From an uncultured bacterium (lineage in GTDB: Bacteria; Actinomycetota; Acidimicrobiia; Spongiisociales; UBA5794), in assembly GCA_963801165.1 (NCBI GenBank), contig CAWDDT010000005.1, positions 320,001 through 384,000 on the forward strand: 64,000 nucleotides of DNA. Direction: 5' to 3'. This document shows positions 10,582 through 27,217 of the stretch, piece by piece. The notes beneath the pieces were generated by a model. That model was not told the DNA's origin, ran no database searches, and saw nothing but the letters and a program-made list of their open reading frames with translations. Within the stretch, counting starts at the first letter, position 1. Each line of letters starts with the position of its first letter. The position numbers and the translations under genes are program-made.

Positions 10582-10609
10582 AAACCCCCGGTCTTCGGAC
10601 CGGGGGTTT
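10582..10609 (-). terminator. Terminator hairpin after bS22 gene
   Basis: Perfect 12-bp stem AAACCCCCGGTC-TTCG-GACCGGGGGTTT immediately after the stop. Confidence 0.8.
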
Positions 10610-10612
10610 ACA

Positions 10613-10702
10613 TCACTTCTTCTTATGCCTATTGGCCTTCTGCCGCTTGCGGTATTTGTGCTTCGACATCTTCTTGCGGCGTTTTTTGATCAAAGAACCC
10701 AA
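10613..10702 (-). CDS. 30S ribosomal protein bS22 (AURKAIP1/COX24 domain), 29 aa, not in ORF track
   Basis: Hand translation from TTG: MGSLIKKRRKKMSKHKYRKRQKANRHKKK*; GAGG upstream, terminator downstream. Confidence 0.9.
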   Translation of the reverse strand: MGSLIKKRRKKMSKHKYRKRQKANRHKKK

Positions 10703-10874
10703 TTGAACCCTCGGATTTGGCGTGGCGATGAAAGGGGCCGCGGGCGAACCCGACGACTGCAGACCACCATAGGTTCGCAACTTACGCCCAAAATCGCAAG
10801 CTGGACTTGCATTCTGCCGACCAGAGGCCGGCGATCGGCATCAGATCGCGGTAGCCATCGGTCCCCTAGGTAGC

Positions 10875-11714
10875 TCAGCTCCAGCCGGTTTGGGCTACGT
10901 CTAGGACCGTGGCGATCCCTCTTTCGCCCAGGGTCTCCTTCATTGCCGCCACCACCGGCTCGGGATCGGCGGTGACCGCCAGAGCGGTAGGACCGGCGCC
11001 GCTCCAGGCGACGTGAAGCGCTCCGGCCCCACTGGCGGCTTGCATCAGCTCACCTGTGATCGGCGACAACTGCGAGCGGTACTGCTCGTGGATCTCGTCG
11101 CCACCGGCCCGCACCAGGGCTTCCGGATCACCGGTACGGAGCCCCTCGATCAGAAACGCAACCCGGGCGACGTTGCGGGCGGCGGCCTGTCTCGAGATCA
11201 TGTCGGGAAGTGCGGTCCGGGCCTGGGCCGTCTTGAGAGTCTGGTTCGGGATTCCGAACACGAAGGAGAGGTTCGGAGACAACTCGAGCCGGCGCCACAC
11301 TCCATCGGCCGCTGCCACAAGACCGCCGTAGACAGTTGCGGCGGCATTGTCCCCGTGACCCTCGATGCTTGCGACCAGCTCGTAGAGATGCTCCGACCGA
11401 GGCTCCTCCCCGACGGCGCGGAGGGCGGCTGCGGCCGCCGCCACCATCACTGCCGAGCTCGAACCGAGCCCGCGTGATCTCGGGACATCGTTCGTGATGG
11501 TGAGATGCATCGGTCTCCCCACGGCCTCGGAGACCGCGAGACGCACGAAGTCCTCCGGTTTCGGCTCGAATTCGGTGCCGAGCTCGGCGACTATCCACTC
11601 CTCGGAAGGGGTGGCAACAACCCGACAGCGCAACTCGAAGGCGAGCCCGAGACAGTCGAAACCCGGACCGAGATTGGCCGATGATCCGGGGGCGTTCGCC
11701 ATTCCGCTGTTCAT
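10875..11714 (-). CDS. thrB: Homoserine kinase
   Basis: SSANLGPGFD, PRSRGLGSSS, EGHGDN, SGAGPT; start placed at ATG 11714 (TAGAAT 7 nt upstream). Confidence 0.92.
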   Translation of the reverse strand: MNSGMANAPGSSANLGPGFDCLGLAFELRCRVVATPSEEWIVAELGTEFEPKPEDFVRLAVSEAVGRPMHLTITNDVPRSRGLGSSSAVMVAAAAAALRAVGEEPRSEHLYELVASIEGHGDNAAATVYGGLVAAADGVWRRLELSPNLSFVFGIPNQTLKTAQARTALPDMISRQAAARNVARVAFLIEGLRTGDPEALVRAGGDEIHEQYRSQLSPITGELMQAASGAGALHVAWSGAGPTALAVTADPEPVVAAMKETLGERGIATVLDVAQTGWS

Positions 11715-11807
11715 CGGGAGGATTCTAGGAGACGGTCGGTCCCCTTTAGCTATCGCTCGCCTCGACGGCCATTCCACAGCAGCCCGTGCGGTTAGCCTTG
11801 ACCAACC

Positions 11808-12698
11808 ATGACACCGGCAATCGTCCTCGATGGGCTCACCAAGTACTACGGCTCCACGCTTGGCGTCGAGGACCTCCATCTCGAGGTCAACGAGGGTGAG
11901 ATCTTCGGGTTCCTCGGGCCAAATGGTGCCGGCAAGAGCACCACGATCTCGACCATCCTCGACTTCATCCGGCCTACACGGGGCACGGCGACGGTACTTG
12001 GTTTCGACAGCAGGCGTGACAGCGTCGCCGTCCACCGTGAGATCGGATATCTGTCGGGCGAGCCGGTGCTGTACGAGAGGATGACCGGCCGCGAGCTCCT
12101 CGGCTATCTGGCGGCTCTGCGCCGTGTCGACGCCGACGCCGAGATCGCGGCACTGGCTGAACGCCTCGACCTCGACCTCGATCGCAGGATCCGGGCCTAC
12201 AGCAGCGGCAACAGACAGAAGGTCGGTCTCATCCAGGCGTTTCTGCACAGACCGCGCCTACTCATCCTCGACGAGCCCACCAATGGTCTAGACCCGATCG
12301 TCCAACACGAGTTCTATGCGCTGCTGCGTGAGGTGCGCGACGAAGGTCGCACCGTGTTTCTATCGTCACACGTCCTTCCCGAGGTCGAGCGGATCACCGA
12401 TAGGGCAGCCATCATCCGCAAGGGCAGGCTCATGGTCGTAGCCGAGATCGAAGAGCTGAAGAGACAGACGCAACGGCGGTTGGAGCTCACGTTCGCCGCA
12501 GCAGTCGATCCGGCGGTGTTCGCCGCACTCGAGACCGTCGGCGCCATTGAGGCGGGCGATCGCACAATCACAGTCACCGTCACCGGTTCGGTCGACCCTG
12601 TGGTGAAACTGGCGGCGAACTACGAGGTTGAAACCATCGTCAGCCACGAGGGCGATCTCGAGTCGGCCTTCCTCGCCTACTACACGGACGGTGATTGA
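11808..12698 (+). CDS. ABC-2 type transporter ATP-binding protein
   Basis: GPNGAGKST, YSSGNRQK, LILDEPT, SSH. Confidence 0.9.
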   Translation: MTPAIVLDGLTKYYGSTLGVEDLHLEVNEGEIFGFLGPNGAGKSTTISTILDFIRPTRGTATVLGFDSRRDSVAVHREIGYLSGEPVLYERMTGRELLGYLAALRRVDADAEIAALAERLDLDLDRRIRAYSSGNRQKVGLIQAFLHRPRLLILDEPTNGLDPIVQHEFYALLREVRDEGRTVFLSSHVLPEVERITDRAAIIRKGRLMVVAEIEELKRQTQRRLELTFAAAVDPAVFAALETVGAIEAGDRTITVTVTGSVDPVVKLAANYEVETIVSHEGDLESAFLAYYTDGD

Positions 12699-13504
12699 TG
12701 CTACGAAGCATCTACGAAGAGACGATCTGGAGCCGCAGAGCCAGCCTGTTGCTGTACGGGCTGGGGATGGCCGCACTGGTCGGCATCACCGTCGGGGTGT
12801 ACCCCACCGTGCGCAGAGACAGCGCCGCCTTCACCCAGCTTCTGCAATCGATGCCCCGGGGCATGCTGTCGTTTCTCGGCAGTTCCGACGTCACCCAGCT
12901 GCTCAGCCCTTCAGGTTTCATCAACAGCCGCGTCAACGCCTCTCTCGGAGCGGTGGTGCTGGCGGTGTTTGCGATCAGCCTGGGCACCGCGGCCATCGCC
13001 GGCGAGGAAGACCGACGTACGATGGATCTGGTCCTGGCGACCCCGACCCCGCGCCGTGCCGTCGTGCTGTCACGCTTCGGCGCCATGGCGACGCTTGTCG
13101 GCATCGTGGCGGGAGTCATCGGGTTGGTGATGGCCGCCGCCAACCCCATCGCCGACCTCGGGTTACCGGTGACTCACATCGTCGCATCCAATCTGGAGTT
13201 GGCGCTGTTGGCGATGGTGTTCGGAGCGCTGGCTCTTGCGGTGGGCGGGCTCACCGGTCGGCGCGGCCTAACCATCGGCGTGAGCGCCGGCGTTACGGTG
13301 GCCGCGTTCTTCGTCAACGGTCTCGCTCCCCTCGTCGACTGGCTCCAGGGTCCGCAGAAGCTGATGCCCTTCTACTGGCTGCAACGCTCCGACCCCCTCG
13401 GTGCAGGTCTGTCGATCCCGGATACCACGATCATGCTGGCCGTCATCGCCGCGTTCGTCCTCCTCGCTCTGTGGGGCTTCGAACGCCGTGACATCTCGGT
13501 GTAG
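12698..13504 (+). CDS. ABC-2 type permease
   Basis: AIAGEEDRRTMDL, about 6 TM segments, C-terminal FERRDI; TGATG overlap. Confidence 0.85.
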   Translation: MLRSIYEETIWSRRASLLLYGLGMAALVGITVGVYPTVRRDSAAFTQLLQSMPRGMLSFLGSSDVTQLLSPSGFINSRVNASLGAVVLAVFAISLGTAAIAGEEDRRTMDLVLATPTPRRAVVLSRFGAMATLVGIVAGVIGLVMAAANPIADLGLPVTHIVASNLELALLAMVFGALALAVGGLTGRRGLTIGVSAGVTVAAFFVNGLAPLVDWLQGPQKLMPFYWLQRSDPLGAGLSIPDTTIMLAVIAAFVLLALWGFERRDISV

Positions 13505-13589
13505 GGCTGGCTTCGGGGGAAGGTCCCTGCGGCGCAGCCGGAAGCAGGGGCGAGCAGTGGTTTCACAGGTTTGGGTGCGGGTAATCCAG

Positions 13590-13633
13590 AAGGCCCTCAC
13601 CGGCTTCTCTTCGCTCAGCGCCCTCTCCCAGAG
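13590..13633. repeat. Intergenic repeat family B, copy 1
   Basis: AAGGCCCTCACCGGCTTCTCTTCGCTCAGCGCCCTCTCCCAGAG aligns by eye (about three quarters identical) with 30620-30662. Confidence 0.6.
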
Positions 13634-13653
13634 CTAGACGTCACAGGTGGCTC

Positions 13654-14893
13654 TCAGAAGTCCCAGTCGGGTTTTGGGCTGGGGACGAGGAGGAAGCGGT
13701 CGAGAGCGGCGAGCAGGTCCGGTGGCCCGCTGAGGTCGTCGGTCACGGCCAGCCCGGAAGCGGGACGTACCCCGAGCCACATGCGGGTGAACGCACCAAC
13801 GCTCGCGACCAGAGTCGGCAGGCCGGGTGCGGTTCCCGGATCGACCCCCGGCTCCGGCCCAAGTGTCACGACGTACTCGCCACCGACACCCCGCCACGGC
13901 GAGTCGGTGTCGATCAAGCCCTCTATTGGATCTGACAGCTCCAGGTTGAATGACACCGGCACGCCTTCGAGGCCAACAGCGGCGACACAAGCCTCGACGT
14001 TGCAGATCCGCATCTGCCAGTAGGCGGAAGCCCTCGCGCGGGTCTCGTACTGCGACTTCTCGGTCATTCTCTGCTTGCGAAACGGTCGCTCGATCAGGTC
14101 CTGAATCTGGATCGTGGCGGGCTCGCGCAGCCTGACCAGCTGCACGTTGTCACCCAGATGCACCAGCAGCGCCATCAGCTCGAGGAACTGCTCTGGGGTC
14201 TGATAGGCCATCCACCAGACCGACAGAGGCCCGTGCTCCATCGACTTGCCGCTGAACCAAAGATGGTGGGTGAGCTCGCCGTTCGGACCATCGGTGTAAC
14301 CGAGCCCGAATCCATTGTCTGCCCAAAGCATCTCGGCGTGGGTGGCGGCCGGGGCTTCCAGGTTGCACGACGCCGTGACCACGAGCCCGGCTCAGCCGCG
14401 AGGCGTGTACCGCTGCGAAGTCGTCCGCCGAGAGCCGCTTGGGCGACCGGGCCTCGACGGGCACCCGTAGCGATGCCGGGTCGAGGGAATGCCAGTACTC
14501 ATACGGCCCGCTGCCAAAACCGAGCCGGTTGTAGTAGCCCTGATCGAACATGCCAAGGGCACTCACCGCGGCGCCGGCGGCGGCGTCGCGAGCGACGGAA
14601 AGGGCCGCCAGGCGCTTCGCCAGACCTTGACGGCGGGCGATGTGGCTGGTCGTCACCGCGGTCACCACCGAGAGCGGCAAGTCATCATCCAGGTAGCGGA
14701 CCCGACCCGCTCCGGTCGCCACGTAGCACTCCGGCGACCCGTCTACATCGGCAACCAGACCGTCGAACTGTTCGGCGAACATCCCAAGCGCCTTCTCGTG
14801 ATCGTCGTTCCCGGCGTCGATCCAGCCGATCTCACGCCAGATGCGAGCGACGCCTGCGAAGTCGGCCTCATGGTCGTAAGCGCGTATCTCCAT
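13654..14893 (-). pseudogene. Eis-like GNAT acetyltransferase with SCP2-like tail, frameshifted near 14371
   Basis: N-half (VTTSHIARRQGLA, GYYNRLGFG) and C-half (SCNL...PKPDWDF) in different frames, joined at GGT CAC GGC g TCG TGC AAC. Confidence 0.75.
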
Positions 14894-15022
14894 AGTGTCC
14901 CTTCGTACGGGCGGCGGTGATTTCATGTCCCCAAGAAGTACAGGACCGAGATCCGCGATAATGAACCCTGGCGGATCGCCCTGCGATGCGACATCATATC
15001 CGTGTCTACCCCGGGAGGCCCG

Positions 15023-15463
15023 ATGACAACCGATCAACGTCTTGCCGGAGTCGTTCGGCGACGGTCAGAGCTGGGGAGGGCGATGCAGCAGGTCGAGCTT
15101 GCCGCCGCGGCTGCCGCGGGCAAGGAGGCCTGGGCAAACGAGCTGGAGATCAGTCTCCGCAAGCTCGAGATCGCCTGGCGGCACCATGTCAGAGAGGCCG
15201 AGTCCCCCGCCGGTCTGCACGACCGCATCCTCGATCAGGCTCCCCGGATGCAACGGACGGTAGAGTCTATCCAGGCGGATCACCGCGCCATTGCCCGCTC
15301 CGTCGAAGCCGCGCTCACCGAGGTACACGAAGCGGGTGACGACACGGACAAGGGAGCGCTGCGGGACACGGCGCTGGATATTCTCGTGGCGCTGGCACGG
15401 CACAGGCAACATGGCGCCGACCTCATCTACGACGCCTACAGCATCGATATCGGCGGTTATTAG
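15023..15463 (+). CDS. Hypothetical helical protein, hemerythrin-like
   Basis: RBS GGGAGG; His motifs HHVREAE, ADH, RHRQH. Confidence 0.6.
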   Translation: MTTDQRLAGVVRRRSELGRAMQQVELAAAAAAGKEAWANELEISLRKLEIAWRHHVREAESPAGLHDRILDQAPRMQRTVESIQADHRAIARSVEAALTEVHEAGDDTDKGALRDTALDILVALARHRQHGADLIYDAYSIDIGGY

Positions 15464-15477
15464 CCGTTTCCTCAGCG

Positions 15478-15519
15478 TGAGTTCCGGGCGCAGCTGAAGC
15501 TCAGGCAGAACTCAAACCT
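15478..15519 (-). repeat. Divergent family A palindrome copy
   Basis: Minus strand AGGTT-TGAGTTC...GAACTCA with longer interior; contains the stop codon of the adjacent gene. Confidence 0.55.
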
Positions 15520-16573
15520 CAACGCCGTCGAGAGCCTCGGAGAGATCGCCTCGGAGCGCGGCAAAATCCTCGAGCCCGATCGAGAGCCGGATCAACCCGG
15601 GGGACGCATGCGGATCGCTTCGCAGTCTGTGCTCCGCCAGTGACTCGACACCACCCAGCGAAGTCGCGTTGGTGAAGACCTGCAGCCGGTCGACGACCGC
15701 CGCCGCATCCGCGGGATCGGCGAGCTCGAACGACAGCACCCCACCGAAAGCGGACATCTGTCGCCCGGCGATGTCATGGCCGGGATGGGTCGGCAACCCC
15801 GGGTACCACACCCGCAGACCCCGATCCGCGAGATACGAAGCGAGCTGAAGGGCGGTCTCGCTCTGACGGGCGACCCGCAGCGGCAACGTGCGGACCCCAC
15901 GCAACGTGAGCCACGTTTCGAGGGTGCCGGGGATGGCGCCATCGAGGACCCGTGCCTGCCGCAAATCCGCAGCAGCACCGGCGTCCTGCGAAGAGACCAC
16001 GCCGCCCATCGCATCAGAGTGCCCGGCGATGAACTTCGTCGACGCATGCACCGAGTAGTCGATGCCTAGCCCGAGCGTGTCCTGGAGCACGGGGGTGGCG
16101 AATGTTGCGTCGGCCACCGTGACCACCCCTCGCTCCTGAGCCATCCCGGCGACCCCGGCCAGATCGGTGATCAGGCACTTCGGATTGGATGGTGTCTCCA
16201 GCCACCACACGTCGCCGCGACCCAGATCGGCCGTCTTGACCACCTCCCAGGTCCCGCGCTCCGCCTCTGCGGCGACAAACCCGGTGACCCCGTGATACAC
16301 ATCGTCGGGGAGGGCTATCCGTTGCGGCCGCAGGTGCCGTAACACCGCAGCCACCGCAGCCATCCCGGAAGGGAAGGCAACGGCGTGACCACCCTCCAGT
16401 GCTCCAATGACCGCCTCTAACCGCTCGGTCGTCTCGTCACCCATCCGCTTGTAGACCCGACCGCCCTCGCGGTGTTCAAAGGTAGTGCTGGGACGGAGCG
16501 GAGGAGCCACATCCGGCAGCTCCGCCAGCCCATCGTCTGCGTGGAGCGCTGTTGTGTACGGGTCCCGGTGCAT
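15512..16573 (-). CDS. Cys/Met metabolism PLP enzyme (cystathionine gamma-synthase/lyase family)
   Basis: [41 protein letters not shown]. Confidence 0.88.
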   Translation of the reverse strand: MHRDPYTTALHADDGLAELPDVAPPLRPSTTFEHREGGRVYKRMGDETTERLEAVIGALEGGHAVAFPSGMAAVAAVLRHLRPQRIALPDDVYHGVTGFVAAEAERGTWEVVKTADLGRGDVWWLETPSNPKCLITDLAGVAGMAQERGVVTVADATFATPVLQDTLGLGIDYSVHASTKFIAGHSDAMGGVVSSQDAGAAADLRQARVLDGAIPGTLETWLTLRGVRTLPLRVARQSETALQLASYLADRGLRVWYPGLPTHPGHDIAGRQMSAFGGVLSFELADPADAAAVVDRLQVFTNATSLGGVESLAEHRLRSDPHASPGLIRLSIGLEDFAALRGDLSEALDGVEV

Positions 16574-16654
16574 GTGGGCACTGTACCGAGTGTCTATAGT
16601 GCGCGCAGCCACCCTTTAAAGACCGGTCCCGTGAGGCCGGAAAGGACGGTAAAC

Positions 16655-17769
16655 ATGGCACCCCAGAAAGTCCGCGGCGCCCTGGTACTCGCCGACGGGA
16701 CATTTTTCAACGGTACCGCGATCGGGGCTGAGGGCGCCGGCATCGGCGAGGTGGTGTTCAACACCTCGATGACGGGCTACCAGGAGATCCTCACCGACCC
16801 CTCCTACGCCAGGCAGATCGTCACCCTGACCACCCCCCACATCGGCAACTACGGGATGGCCGCAGCCGACGATCAGGCCGACCGACCGCACTGCACCGGC
16901 TTGATCGTCCGATCCGCCACCCGCAGACCCTCCAACTGGCGGGCCGAGGGACCACTGGGCGAGTGGCTCCGCGACCGGGCCGTGGTCGCTCTCGCCGATG
17001 TCGACACCCGCCGGCTGACTCGCCACCTGCGTGACCATGGCGCCATGCCGGGGGTGGTGGCCACCGACGGCACCGCCGCCGAGCTGAGGCATCTTGCTGC
17101 CACGGCACCCCATATGACCGGTCTCGACCTCGCCTCCAGCGTTAGCACGCCGGTTCCGTATGTGGTCGACGCAACACACGATCGTGTCGGCACGGTCGTC
17201 GCCATCGACCTCGGCATGAAGCGGCGAATCGTCGAGGAGCTAACGAGACGGGGGCTCGAGACCCACGTCGTCCCGGCCACGGCCACTGCGGAGGAGATCC
17301 TCGCCATGAACCCCGGCGGCGTGTTCGTCTCCAACGGGCCGGGGGACCCCGAACCGCTCACCGGCGTCACGGCCACGCTCCGGGACCTCCTGGGCGAGAC
17401 GCCCGTCTTCGGCATCTGTCTCGGGCATCAGGTGCTCGGGCTGGCTCTGGGTGCCCGCACCTACAAGCTGCCGTTTGGTCACCATGGTGGCAACCATCCA
17501 GTGCGCCGCGAGTCAGACGGCGCCGTCCACATCACCGCTCAGAACCACGGCTTCGCCGTCGACCTCACGCCCGGCGAGGTATTCGACGGCGAATTCGGGC
17601 CGGTCGACGTCACCCACGTCAACCTCAACGATGGGACCGTGGAGGGTCTCGCCTGTCGCGACATCACGGCCTTCTCGGTGCAGTATCACCCGGAGGCGGC
17701 GCCCGGGCCCAACGACGCCAAGCACCTCTTCGACCGGTTCGCCGAACTGGTGATCGCGGGGACCCACTG

Positions 17770-17770
<1 letters not shown>
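16655..17770 (+). CDS. carA: Carbamoyl-phosphate synthase small subunit
   Basis: [34 protein letters not shown]; RBS AAGGA. Confidence 0.97.
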
Positions 17771-21027
<3,257 letters not shown>

Positions 21028-21045
21028 GCCTTCTGGCGACAGGCA

Positions 21046-22008
21046 TTATGCGGCGGGCCAGCCCCCGAGGTCGGCGAGCGTCGGTGGGTCCGCCCCAGCG
21101 CGGGTGCACACGGCCGCCGAAGCGCGCACGGCGAACCGAACTGCGCGCAGGATCGACCCGGCGTCGTCCAGGTCGGACGGCCCGACGCCATGGTGAACAA
21201 GGCAGGCTAGGAAGGCCCCACCGAATGTGTCCCCCGCCCCGACCGTGTCAACTACGTCGACCGCCGGCGCCGCCACGAGTTCCGTGCCCGCTGCGGTCAG
21301 GACGCGGACGGGGTGCGATCCATCGGTCACGAGCACAACGCGCGGGCCCCGAGCCCACACCCAGGCCGCAGCGTCATCGAGTGGCTCGCCCGGTCGCAGG
21401 AACTCGAGGTCCTCAGTGCTCGCTTTGACGATGTCGGCGCGCCCCATGATCCGAGTCATCCGAGCCCGCCACGCCTCCGGGTTGGTCGTCATCGAAGGAC
21501 GTGCGTTGGGATCGAGCTGGAGGAGACACTGCTCCGGCACGTCAACCGCAAACGCCTCGAGGGTCGATCCTATGGGCTCGAGGACGAGGCCGATCGATCC
21601 GGTGGCAACGGCGCGGACCGAGTTTGCGATGACACCGCTGAGTGGCCCGGACTGGACTGCCGGAGCGGACGTCTGAGCCGTGTAGAACCGATACGAAGCG
21701 CTGCCGTCGGCGCCCAGTTCGGCCAGCGAGAGCGTGGTGGGCAGGTCCGTCCGCTGGACGGCTCGCAAATCGACGCCGTCGCCTGCGAGCCCGGCTTCGA
21801 GCATCCGCCCAAACCGATCCGTGGACAGCCCGCCGACAAAGGCGGTAGGCATGTCCAGACGTGCGATGGCGCGGGCGGTGTTGTACGGGCTGCCACCCGT
21901 TACCGGCACGATCTCGCCGTCGGCCCGCACGATCAGGTCGACGAGCGCCTCGCCGGCGACAATGATGGAGGGCCGGGCGGGCTCGGTGGGATCGGTTCCG
22001 CTAGTCAC
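21046..22008 (-). CDS. PfkB-family carbohydrate kinase (fructokinase-like)
   Basis: GEALVD, GGSPYN, DPNARP, DTVGAGDTF; start placed at GTG 22008. Confidence 0.88.
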   Translation of the reverse strand: MTSGTDPTEPARPSIIVAGEALVDLIVRADGEIVPVTGGSPYNTARAIARLDMPTAFVGGLSTDRFGRMLEAGLAGDGVDLRAVQRTDLPTTLSLAELGADGSASYRFYTAQTSAPAVQSGPLSGVIANSVRAVATGSIGLVLEPIGSTLEAFAVDVPEQCLLQLDPNARPSMTTNPEAWRARMTRIMGRADIVKASTEDLEFLRPGEPLDDAAAWVWARGPRVVLVTDGSHPVRVLTAAGTELVAAPAVDVVDTVGAGDTFGGAFLACLVHHGVGPSDLDDAGSILRAVRFAVRASAAVCTRAGADPPTLADLGGWPAA

Positions 22009-22141
22009 GCCGACGATTATCGCAGCGACGCAGCCCGCCGCAGTCACCGCTCTGGCGTTGGAGACCGGAACATTTTCCGGTCTGCGACGCCAGAAGGGGG
22101 AGAATGGGGGTGTCACCCGGGAAGGGCTCCGGTGACGTCTC

Positions 22142-22600
22142 ATGGGTGTGATGACCGAGGAAGAGATCTACCGGAAGTACGCAGACGACCTGGTGCGATT
22201 CGCTACGGGCCTGGTCGGCCCGTTCGATGCGCCAGACGTCGTCACCGACGCGTGTTTGCGTGCGTTTCGCACCAGTGGCTGGGACCAGGTTGCCAACCAC
22301 CGGGCATATCTCTATCGCACGGTCCTCAACCAAGCGCGGTCGCAGCATCGCTCCACACTCCGCCGCAGGCTCCGTGAGATGCGGGCAGCAACGCCCGATA
22401 TTGCGGTATCTGCCGAGGTGGACGTTGATGTGCTGGCGGCCGTCGACAAGTTGAGCGTGCAACAGCGCGCCAGCGTCGTGCTCACCTATTGGGAAGACCT
22501 CACGCCGGCCGAGGTCGCGACCCGTCTCGGAATCTCCGAGGGATCGGTGAAACGCCACCTGGCGCGTGCGCGCGCACGTCTCAAGGAGCTTCTGCAATGA
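22142..22600 (+). CDS. ECF RNA polymerase sigma factor
   Basis: Region 2 (DVVTDA...AYLYRTVLN) and region 4 (LSVQQR...EVATRLGISEGSVKRHLARAR). Confidence 0.88.
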   Translation: MGVMTEEEIYRKYADDLVRFATGLVGPFDAPDVVTDACLRAFRTSGWDQVANHRAYLYRTVLNQARSQHRSTLRRRLREMRAATPDIAVSAEVDVDVLAAVDKLSVQQRASVVLTYWEDLTPAEVATRLGISEGSVKRHLARARARLKELLQ

Positions 22601-24414
22601 GCGAACCAATGGACAGCAAGCTGCGCGAGCTGACGTACCGGCTCATGGCGATGACCCCTGAGGCGCCACCATTCCCGGAGGAAGAAATGGTCCAGCTCAA
22701 GCCCTCACCCGTGCCGGCACCCCCGACCCGGCACCGCAACCCGCTCGTTTGGGTCGGTGTCACCGCCGTTGCCGCTCTACTCATCGTCGGCCTACCACTG
22801 ATCCTGCTCCATGGCGGCTCTGCGCCGAATCCCAGCTCAACAGTGCCCCCGGCGACACAGACGACGGAGACACCTACGACGGCACCGGTATCCACTGCGT
22901 CGTTTGACGTGACCCTGTATTTCCTCGCCGACTATGTCGAAAACTCAACCATCGCGGGACCACACCTCGTGGCGGTTCGCCGCCAGGTCACGGCCGCCGT
23001 CGCAAACGGTCAGCCTGACGCGTTCGACTCGCTGAATGCAGCCTTATCCGCCCTTCTCGAGGGCCCCACGACAACCGACGACGAGGTGCGTCCCGGCGTA
23101 TCGTCGGGCATCCCCGACGGCACCCAGCTGCTCGGAGTGACCGCCGACCAGACCGGTGAGGAATCCCGGGTCACCATCGACTTCAACACGACATTCGAGT
23201 CTGGAGGCGGCACGTTCTCCATGGGCGCCCGGCTTGCCCAGGTCGTCTACACGGCGACGCAGTTCGGATATCCGTCGGTCGAATTCGAGATCAACGGCGA
23301 GCCAGTCGACGTGTTCTCCTCGGAGGGCCTCGTTCTCGACGGCCCACAGACCCGCGACGACTACCGGGACTTCCTGCCGTCGATCTTCGTCGAGCAGCCA
23401 CTCCAGGGTGATACGGTGACGTCACCGGTCGAGATCACCGGTGTGGCCAACACGTTCGAGGCGGGTCTTCTGTTTCGCATCGAACTCGAAAACGGCGACG
23501 TTCTTGCCGAAGGCAATTCGATGGCGAGTTGTGGCACCGGCTGCTGGGGCGATTTCACAATTACACCCGAATACACACTGGCGGAGCCGGCGACGGGCTA
23601 CGTAGTGGTGTACGACGCTTCGGCGAAGGACGGCAGCTCGATCGACATCGTGCGCATCCCGGTGAACCTGGAGGCAGCGGAAGCTACCAAGGCAGCGGCT
23701 CCCGCGATCGTCAATCTCGAGGGGGTGGTCGACGGCATGACCATTGTCGAGCCGACCGTGAACGTAGGGGTCACCGCCTCCGGTGTCGACACCGTCACCA
23801 TCAATGGCACGGACGCAGAGATATTCGAAGGCGGACTGGTCGACGGGGTTCAGACGTACTACACCAACGCCGACGTCGACCTCACCGAGGGGCCCAACAC
23901 GATCGAGGTGGTGCTCACCGGTCCCGGCGGTACCACGTCCGAAACGATCAACGTCACCTACGCCCCAAACGCCGAGCGGCAGATCGCCTACCTGACCCAG
24001 GTCGGGGCCAACGAGATCGTCGCCGACTACATCCAGTGGCTCACCGGAGATGCGGCCAACCAGGCCGCCTTCGAGGATGGCGTGATCGGCTCGGTCGACG
24101 AGGGCGTGCCCAACGACTACTACATCCGGAACACCAACCCCCAGCTTCGCACCCTTCCGCTCGGCGACAACCCGCTGGTGATCCTCCAGACGTCCGCGGT
24201 CGGCTCGGTCTCCGGAGTCACCGTGCCCATCGACGAGTGGCTAGGACTGTTCAAGGACGACGGAACACCGTGGAACTACGAGACGGATGCGGTCCCCGAT
24301 TGGCCTGCCCCCAACTACGGATTCGTCGGCGCCAGCACCGTCTATGCCCCCTACTGGCTGACCCTGGACGGCAACGGCAACGTCATGCAAATCGAGCAGC
24401 AATACATCCCGTAG
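22597..24414 (+). CDS. Membrane-anchored GerMN + Gmad2 Ig-like multidomain protein, putative anti-sigma factor
   Basis: ATGA overlap with sigma gene; one TM, Pro/Thr linker, LLEGPT/LAQVVYTATQF (GerMN), GVANTFEA (Gmad2). Confidence 0.78.
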   Translation: MSEPMDSKLRELTYRLMAMTPEAPPFPEEEMVQLKPSPVPAPPTRHRNPLVWVGVTAVAALLIVGLPLILLHGGSAPNPSSTVPPATQTTETPTTAPVSTASFDVTLYFLADYVENSTIAGPHLVAVRRQVTAAVANGQPDAFDSLNAALSALLEGPTTTDDEVRPGVSSGIPDGTQLLGVTADQTGEESRVTIDFNTTFESGGGTFSMGARLAQVVYTATQFGYPSVEFEINGEPVDVFSSEGLVLDGPQTRDDYRDFLPSIFVEQPLQGDTVTSPVEITGVANTFEAGLLFRIELENGDVLAEGNSMASCGTGCWGDFTITPEYTLAEPATGYVVVYDASAKDGSSIDIVRIPVNLEAAEATKAAAPAIVNLEGVVDGMTIVEPTVNVGVTASGVDTVTINGTDAEIFEGGLVDGVQTYYTNADVDLTEGPNTIEVVLTGPGGTTSETINVTYAPNAERQIAYLTQVGANEIVADYIQWLTGDAANQAAFEDGVIGSVDEGVPNDYYIRNTNPQLRTLPLGDNPLVILQTSAVGSVSGVTVPIDEWLGLFKDDGTPWNYETDAVPDWPAPNYGFVGASTVYAPYWLTLDGNGNVMQIEQQYIP

Positions 24415-24428
24415 TGGCCTCCGCGCTT

Positions 24429-24491
24429 CCTCCCGCTTCCGGCGTAGCGGGTGCCGTCATACCGGCACGGTCTACGCAAGAAGCGGGGAGG
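24429..24491. terminator. Long imperfect hairpin between convergent genes
   Basis: CCTCCCGCTTC..GCGTAG..GTGCCG/CGGCAC..CTACGC..GAAGCGGGGAGG nested arms. Confidence 0.55.
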
Positions 24492-27185
<2,694 letters not shown>

Positions 27186-27217
27186 GAGAAAACGTTACAC
27201 GGCGGGGAGAACGACCC

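Noticed and set aside
11715-12248. N-terminal extension of thrB in the ORF track
   Set aside because: Antisense shadow of the ABC ATPase; kinase motifs and a -10 box put the start at 11714
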